From: a virus
IMG/VR virus record: IMGVR_UViG_3300005573_001035
Coordinates: 32,001 to 96,000 of that record
Strand: one strand, 5' to 3'
DNA length: 64,000 nt
Position 1 is the stretch's first letter; every line of letters begins with the position of its first letter. Shown here one piece after another: positions 59,177-64,000 of the stretch. The notes beneath the pieces are model-generated. The model made no database searches. It worked only from the letters and a program-made list of their open reading frames with translations, and had not been told where the DNA came from. The position numbers were made by a program, and so were the translations under genes.

Positions 59177-60115
59177 TTAGTAAGACTTTGATGCCAAAAG
59201 ATTCGTAATCTTTGATTCAGGCAAATCTTCTAAACAAGATTTACAAAGATTCTGAAAACTACAAAAATAACAACTTTCTCTTTCATATTCGGGAGGTGGA
59301 ATAGTAGATTTCGATAAGTATTCTAAAAGTTTGAGAGATCGATTCAGAAATGTCTCTCCTACTTTCTGGTCATAGGGAAAAGTCTCGAATTGAATAAGTC
59401 TGTCTTTAGGTTTGTAGTAAATTATCTCAACGTTACGAATTGAATAACCGTATTCTAAATTTAAAACGCAAGCATATGTTTGGACTTGGTCAAAATCTTT
59501 CTTGCTTGGTAACCCAGTCTTAATATCAAAAAGAGTAGATTCTGTAATCGCGTCAACTCGGCCTTTTAACATGTATGTATCTGACTTAAATGATTTCTCA
59601 GTCTCTAAGAACTGATAGTACTTATAGAATAAAGAATGAATAAAGGTGCCAATTTCTTGGTCAAAAACTAAGAATGGATCTTCTTGCTTCTCTTCTAGGG
59701 GGTACTTTTTTCTCGTAAAGTAGGCAGATCGCAAACAACCAACTACCTCAGAGACCGAGTTATAAGTCTTTGTGTACGAAAGCTGCCTTCTTTTTTGTTC
59801 CCTAAGAACTGATACCAAATTAGACTTAAACAACTCGTAATCAAAACAATGGGAAATAGAAGAAGGCTTAGAACTATTCCCAGAATAACTAAGACTAAGA
59901 TCTGAGTAACCTGTTGTATTACTAGCACTTAGTTCCTCTTTTTTAACTTCCCAAAACGAGGTTTCTTCCTTATCAGATACTTGGCTGCTAATAGTAGTAG
60001 AAATCGAAGTTTGCTTATTAGACTCTAAAATCTTTCTTTTCTTATTTTCTTCCTCCACTATTTCTAGAAGCTTCGAATAAATAGACATTGTTCTGTCCTT
60101 GTGGTTTTCTAACAT
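59177..60115 (-). CDS. Cas4-like PD-(D/E)XK exonuclease with an Fe-S Cys set
   Basis: SVSEVVGC, GTFIH, GRVDA, FDIKT, QVQTY and CYFC..C. Confidence 0.8.
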   Translation of the reverse strand: MLENHKDRTMSIYSKLLEIVEEENKKRKILESNKQTSISTTISSQVSDKEETSFWEVKKEELSASNTTGYSDLSLSYSGNSSKPSSISHCFDYELFKSNLVSVLREQKRRQLSYTKTYNSVSEVVGCLRSAYFTRKKYPLEEKQEDPFLVFDQEIGTFIHSLFYKYYQFLETEKSFKSDTYMLKGRVDAITESTLFDIKTGLPSKKDFDQVQTYACVLNLEYGYSIRNVEIIYYKPKDRLIQFETFPYDQKVGETFLNRSLKLLEYLSKSTIPPPEYERESCYFCSFQNLCKSCLEDLPESKITNLLASKSY

Positions 60116-60132
60116 ATCGAAATTTCGTTACA

Positions 60133-60732
60133 TTACTTGGCATTTTCAGAAGTTATTTCTCGTATTAGAATTGCAAACTCAACCAACGATTCTCTTAGTA
60201 TATTATAAGCATCAAATGCAAGCCTTCCCTTCCTAGAAGAAAAATACGCAGCAACTTCTGGTTGCTCACTAATAGGCCTTCCTAAAAGCAATCGATCACA
60301 TGCTAACCCAAGCCCCACCTTTTCTACCTTTTCAGATATGTATTTCTGGACCTTTGAGCTGGTTCGATCTTTCATCTTAGAGACTTTCTTAATAACCGAT
60401 TCTCGAATCATTTTCCTTGTTTCCTGCTCAAGAAGGGCCTGTTTTGCATAGAGCTTAGCAGAATCAGAAGCCAACTTTGCCTCTTTTAAAAGTTTGCTTT
60501 TTGAAGAAGGCACAGACCCGGTAAGAAATTTTGAAGCAACATAATGCATATCAGAATACATCTCAATGAGAACCGATAAGACCGCAGCCTTGGTGGTCAT
60601 GTATTCCTTTATAACTTGAGGACAACATATTCCAGATAACTCAGTTACTGGCTTTTGAAAAAATAAGTAATCTAACGAATACAAACATTCCAAGATACGA
60701 ACTTTTGTGCTTTTGGGCAAAGAAACAGACAT
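60133..60732 (-). CDS. Hypothetical helical protein
   Basis: 199-aa ORF with SD AAGGGGGG. Confidence 0.65.
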   Translation of the reverse strand: MSVSLPKSTKVRILECLYSLDYLFFQKPVTELSGICCPQVIKEYMTTKAAVLSVLIEMYSDMHYVASKFLTGSVPSSKSKLLKEAKLASDSAKLYAKQALLEQETRKMIRESVIKKVSKMKDRTSSKVQKYISEKVEKVGLGLACDRLLLGRPISEQPEVAAYFSSRKGRLAFDAYNILRESLVEFAILIREITSENAK

Positions 60733-60755
60733 GTGTATATCCCCCCTTAAATGTC

Positions 60756-61103
60756 CTAATCGTCTTCACTACTAGACCCAGACGAATTAGCAGAACTAAA
60801 TGTATGCAAAGATCTTTTAGATGGAATAAACCTTTCATCCTCTAAAAGCTCCAAACGAACCTTTCTAGTATCATCTGGAAACTTTACATTTTTAACCGAA
60901 TTCAGAATTTTTACCAGAGCAGAGATGGTGGCGCCTTTCTTACCAATAATCTTACCATAATCGCTCTTATGAGCTTGCACTTGGATTAGAATCATTTTCG
61001 TAGTTAAAAGAATACCAATCTTCACATCTTCTGGTTTGCATACCAGATTCTTTAGAATATTATATGATGCATCCATCAGAGCTTCTTTCATATTTGTTGT
61101 CAT
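60756..61103 (-). CDS. khpA: KH-domain RNA-binding protein (KhpA/UPF0109)
   Basis: ILKNLVCKPEDVKI..DYGKIIGKKGATISAL..KVRLEL. Confidence 0.88.
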   Translation of the reverse strand: MTTNMKEALMDASYNILKNLVCKPEDVKIGILLTTKMILIQVQAHKSDYGKIIGKKGATISALVKILNSVKNVKFPDDTRKVRLELLEDERFIPSKRSLHTFSSANSSGSSSEDD

Positions 61104-61222
61104 GATTGTTAGTTCCTCCTCTTTACGTATTTCTTATTCTCGTTCCTTACTTGTATATATAGTTTTGTTCAAATCTTATGCTTTTCTTTTCTTCGAACTT
61201 CTTTTTAGTAAGGATCAAATTT

Positions 61223-61855
61223 CTAACTTTCTGACCTATGTCTACTAAGAACTACTCGGTCTTTTGCTTTTCCCCTATAAGCATAAGAAAGTCTATAGTT
61301 TCCATACATATGCGCTAACTTACAAGTAAAGAAACTACTCCAAAAAGAACTCATTGGGAATGCGCATTGGATTTCATCTGCAACGGAAACCGCAACGAAG
61401 TACCTGTCTTGGTAAGATAAGACTTCAACGGAAATCTGACCAAGTTCATATAGATGATCAAGGGCGTAATCTAAAGATACTTTTAAAATTGGAGGTATGA
61501 TCCTATACAAAATCGGGTCTTCAACATCGATATAAGGCAAACATGGCTTTATATCACATACTATAGAATCATTATGGTATACATCTATGTTGGTGACAAA
61601 AGAAAGATATAGAACAAAACAATGAGCCTCAAACCAATTACTAAACTCAAAGAACTTAGTAATATTTTGATACGAAACTGCTATAATACACCCATCTCTT
61701 TCCCAGCTTATGACATATATGGTATGAATCTTAGGAATAACATCTTTCCTAAGGTACTTTTCCAAAGATTGTAGAATGTATTCTCTTCTAGTCTTATACG
61801 TCCTATACTGACGAATATTTCGAAGTAATTTCCGAATCGATGGCATCCGTAACAT
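61223..61855 (-). CDS. Hypothetical protein with an internal two-fold repeat
   Basis: IIAVSY..FEFSNWF versus FVAVSV..FPMSSFW. Start uncertain because it overlaps the recA end. Confidence 0.55.
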   Translation of the reverse strand: MLRMPSIRKLLRNIRQYRTYKTRREYILQSLEKYLRKDVIPKIHTIYVISWERDGCIIAVSYQNITKFFEFSNWFEAHCFVLYLSFVTNIDVYHNDSIVCDIKPCLPYIDVEDPILYRIIPPILKVSLDYALDHLYELGQISVEVLSYQDRYFVAVSVADEIQCAFPMSSFWSSFFTCKLAHMYGNYRLSYAYRGKAKDRVVLSRHRSES

Positions 61856-63257
61856 TTTTCTCGAACTCCTCTCTAAATTTCTGATCTGTCATATATCTTT
61901 CGAGAGCATCTCGAGTTCGAAATTTAACATTTGGCATCGTTTGGAGGTAATTCCAGGCCCCCGATACTATTCTTTTAGTCAGTTTCAAGAAAGAGAAATT
62001 TGACCAAAAATCACTAAACCCACTATTATAATCTAGAATTAGAGGAACTCGAATATTCAAAGCAAAAAGCTTATTCTTAGAACACTTAGCAATAACCTCA
62101 ATTCCATCAAATCCATACATATCTGGTTTAAGAGCGGAACTTATAGTAAGTTCTAAAAGATGAAACGCATTGTATTTTAATGAATTCCCGCCCGGCATCT
62201 CTTTTCCAGCAGATAGAAACTTCAAGTCTCTGGGTGTTGCATATGGTCCCAATTGAAGAAGATCTCTAAGTTGGTTTACAACAATAAATAAGATATTGTA
62301 CTTGCTACAATTAGCAACGTACTTGGGAATCAACAAAGACATTAATCTACTTCGATAACCTACCACCTTAGCAGGATCTGTAGTTTCTAGTTCTTTTTCA
62401 GAAAGTGTATTTGCTAAACTATCCCAAACTACGATACTAGGTACATCAACCAGTTGCTTGCTTTCTTTAAACAAACACATAGCCTGGAGGACCTTAAAAA
62501 CTTTCTCAAGAGTTAAGTCAGTATAAGGTTTAATCTTGGGGTTTCGAACCCCCAATTGAGCCAATCTTTGAGTTGTAACTGCGTGTTCCGAATCCAGATA
62601 TACACTTAAACATTCTTTTCCAAACATATTTTGAGCATTTGCAATTACTTGGGCTGCCAAGGTGCTCTTACCACATCCAGGAGCTCCTGTGATAACTGGC
62701 ATTGTGCCTATAGCAAACCCACCTCCCAAAATAGCATCAAGAAGGCGGATTCCTGTTGGAATAAGGTTCTTAGTTCCGCTAGAAGATTCTATCTTAGCCT
62801 GAACTCTCATGTATTCAGAAAACTGGATATAGATATCCTCCTTGTCCTCGTCAGTAGATGGCTCTGAGAGGCTTCCTTCTTGAGATTCTTCAAGAGAAGT
62901 AGTTCTGGGTTTTCTTCCTCTTCTTTTAGGAGAGCCAATGATTTCTTCGCTTGGTGGGGACAATGAACTTAGCTCTTCATGAACCTTAGACGCAGCAGAA
63001 AAGAAATCATCCACCACTTCCGACTCAAATCTAGGTTCTTCCAGAATAAGAGAATCATCATTAGAAGACAATAAGTTATCTTCTGGGAAATTTGGTTCGT
63101 TCGTTTCATAAACCAAAGCAGAATCCTCATCATTTACATCTAGATGAGTTTCCCCGCCCCCCTCACCTTCTTCTACAAAGACTCCATCTTCAAAAATTTC
63201 TGAGCTTCTTTTTATCATCTTTCGCCTATCCTCCTCAGAAAAAATGTTGGGTTTCAT
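61803..63257 (-). CDS. recA: RecA/UvsX recombinase with a long acidic N-terminal extension
   Basis: IPTGIRLLDAILGGG, GAPGCGKST, YLDSE, VVWDSLA, VNQLR and PGGNSLKY. Confidence 0.9.
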   Translation of the reverse strand: MKPNIFSEEDRRKMIKRSSEIFEDGVFVEEGEGGGETHLDVNDEDSALVYETNEPNFPEDNLLSSNDDSLILEEPRFESEVVDDFFSAASKVHEELSSLSPPSEEIIGSPKRRGRKPRTTSLEESQEGSLSEPSTDEDKEDIYIQFSEYMRVQAKIESSSGTKNLIPTGIRLLDAILGGGFAIGTMPVITGAPGCGKSTLAAQVIANAQNMFGKECLSVYLDSEHAVTTQRLAQLGVRNPKIKPYTDLTLEKVFKVLQAMCLFKESKQLVDVPSIVVWDSLANTLSEKELETTDPAKVVGYRSRLMSLLIPKYVANCSKYNILFIVVNQLRDLLQLGPYATPRDLKFLSAGKEMPGGNSLKYNAFHLLELTISSALKPDMYGFDGIEVIAKCSKNKLFALNIRVPLILDYNSGFSDFWSNFSFLKLTKRIVSGAWNYLQTMPNVKFRTRDALERYMTDQKFREEFEKNVTDAIDSEITSKYSSV

Positions 63258-63269
63258 CCAATTATTGTT

Positions 63270-63914
63270 CTAGAAGGAAAAGAAACAAGAATCATTTTTA
63301 GATAGGAATATATGACCCCTAAAAGATGGTACATACACTCCTACTCGGAACAAAGAGGGATTTGTAGAAAGAAACTGAGTTACCGCTCTTTTAACATCCG
63401 GAATATAATCAAAGTCATCTATCAAAACATGGGTACAGAACTTAGAAAATAATGCTAGATCAGAATAACAAAAATCAAAATCATGGTTTCCATCAATGTA
63501 TCCGAGATCAAAACTAGAAGGAAGTTCTTTTATTGTGCTTGAATCGCATATCATAAATTCAATCTTCACCGAAGGAAACGAAGAAAGAAGTAACTTTTTA
63601 GCATGTTCAATATAGCCAACCATACCACCATGCAAAGACGAGTTGTTATCTATGCCAAGATATCGTTCTACATATTCCTTAGCCCCAGATAACAAGGCAT
63701 AAGATGAGTAACCCCCACGAACACCAATTTCTACGATTGATCTAGGTCTGAGTCCTCTAGCAAAGAAATATAGAAGATTGTAGTATCTTTGTTTATAACT
63801 TTCGTAATCCTTGCTTGTCTTATCCCCTGGAACCCAAATAGAAAAAGGAATCTCCCACTTTAAATCTAAGAATTCTTCTCTCCTATCCAAAAGATCACAT
63901 CTTATGAGATTCAC
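63270..63914 (-). CDS. Class I SAM methyltransferase (Methyltransf_24-like)
   Basis: VEIGVRGGYS, YIDGNH and LIDD. Confidence 0.82.
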   Translation of the reverse strand: MNLIRCDLLDRREEFLDLKWEIPFSIWVPGDKTSKDYESYKQRYYNLLYFFARGLRPRSIVEIGVRGGYSSYALLSGAKEYVERYLGIDNNSSLHGGMVGYIEHAKKLLLSSFPSVKIEFMICDSSTIKELPSSFDLGYIDGNHDFDFCYSDLALFSKFCTHVLIDDFDYIPDVKRAVTQFLSTNPSLFRVGVYVPSFRGHIFLSKNDSCFFSF

Positions 63915-64000
63915 TCTTCTCTATATCCTTTCTTTGTTAGATATCTAGGACATCTTTAAGATTAGTTAGAGAAAATGATTCATTCTCGTCTTCAGGCTCT

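Noticed and set aside
59177-60115. Cas4-like gene as evidence of CRISPR-Cas
   Set aside because: No cas1/cas2 or array in the window; solo Cas4-like nucleases are common in phages.
8353-63257. Inteins or group I introns in the topoisomerase, RNAP or RecA genes
   Set aside because: No intein splice motifs or homing-endonuclease inserts seen; conserved motifs are contiguous apart from the beta split.
1-64000. Genome-wide stop-codon reassignment
   Set aside because: TAA, TAG and TGA each end well-defined genes, and coding density is high under the standard code.
1-64000. Apparent abundance of CTAG/TCTAGA and GATC sites
   Set aside because: A rough count in the first few kb is near expectation for this base composition; a proper k-mer test would be needed.
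1-64000. Cellular (bacterial or archaeal) chromosome origin
   Set aside because: rpoB and rpoC are divergent, reversed and lack ribosomal-protein neighbours; baseplate genes and single-strand gene packing indicate a phage.

Overview
The window is a 64 kb segment of a large (jumbo-type) tailed bacteriophage genome. It is AT-rich and densely coded, and essentially every credible gene lies on the minus strand with a strong AGGAGG-type ribosome-binding site and the standard genetic code. In transcription order (right to left) it holds five blocks. (1) A recA/uvsX, khpA, Cas4-like nuclease and HNH-like group. (2) Baseplate and fibre genes, including a gp5/VgrG-like spike fused to about 1,170 residues of Gly-(Phe/Tyr)-Ser collagen-like triplets, two more proteins with the same repeat, and three beta-propeller paralogs. 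(3) A large glyco-modification locus: multidomain GT2/methyltransferase/GT17 proteins, two GT9-like enzymes each split across two genes, a radical SAM enzyme and a tyrosine phosphatase. (4) A metacaspase, a candidate sigma-like subunit, a LigD-type primase-polymerase and a phage multisubunit RNA polymerase, with an intact beta' and a beta split by a single in-frame TAA. (5) A two-unit motif-plus-hairpin non-coding element followed by a replication/repair cluster (SSB-like protein, type IIA topoisomerase, QueD, SF2 helicase, MoxR/vWA, SbcD/SbcC). The best candidate for an undescribed system is the Ser-Gly/aromatic collagen-like virion fibre set with its adjacent glycosylation and methylation machinery. 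All assignments come from motif recognition by eye; no searches were run.
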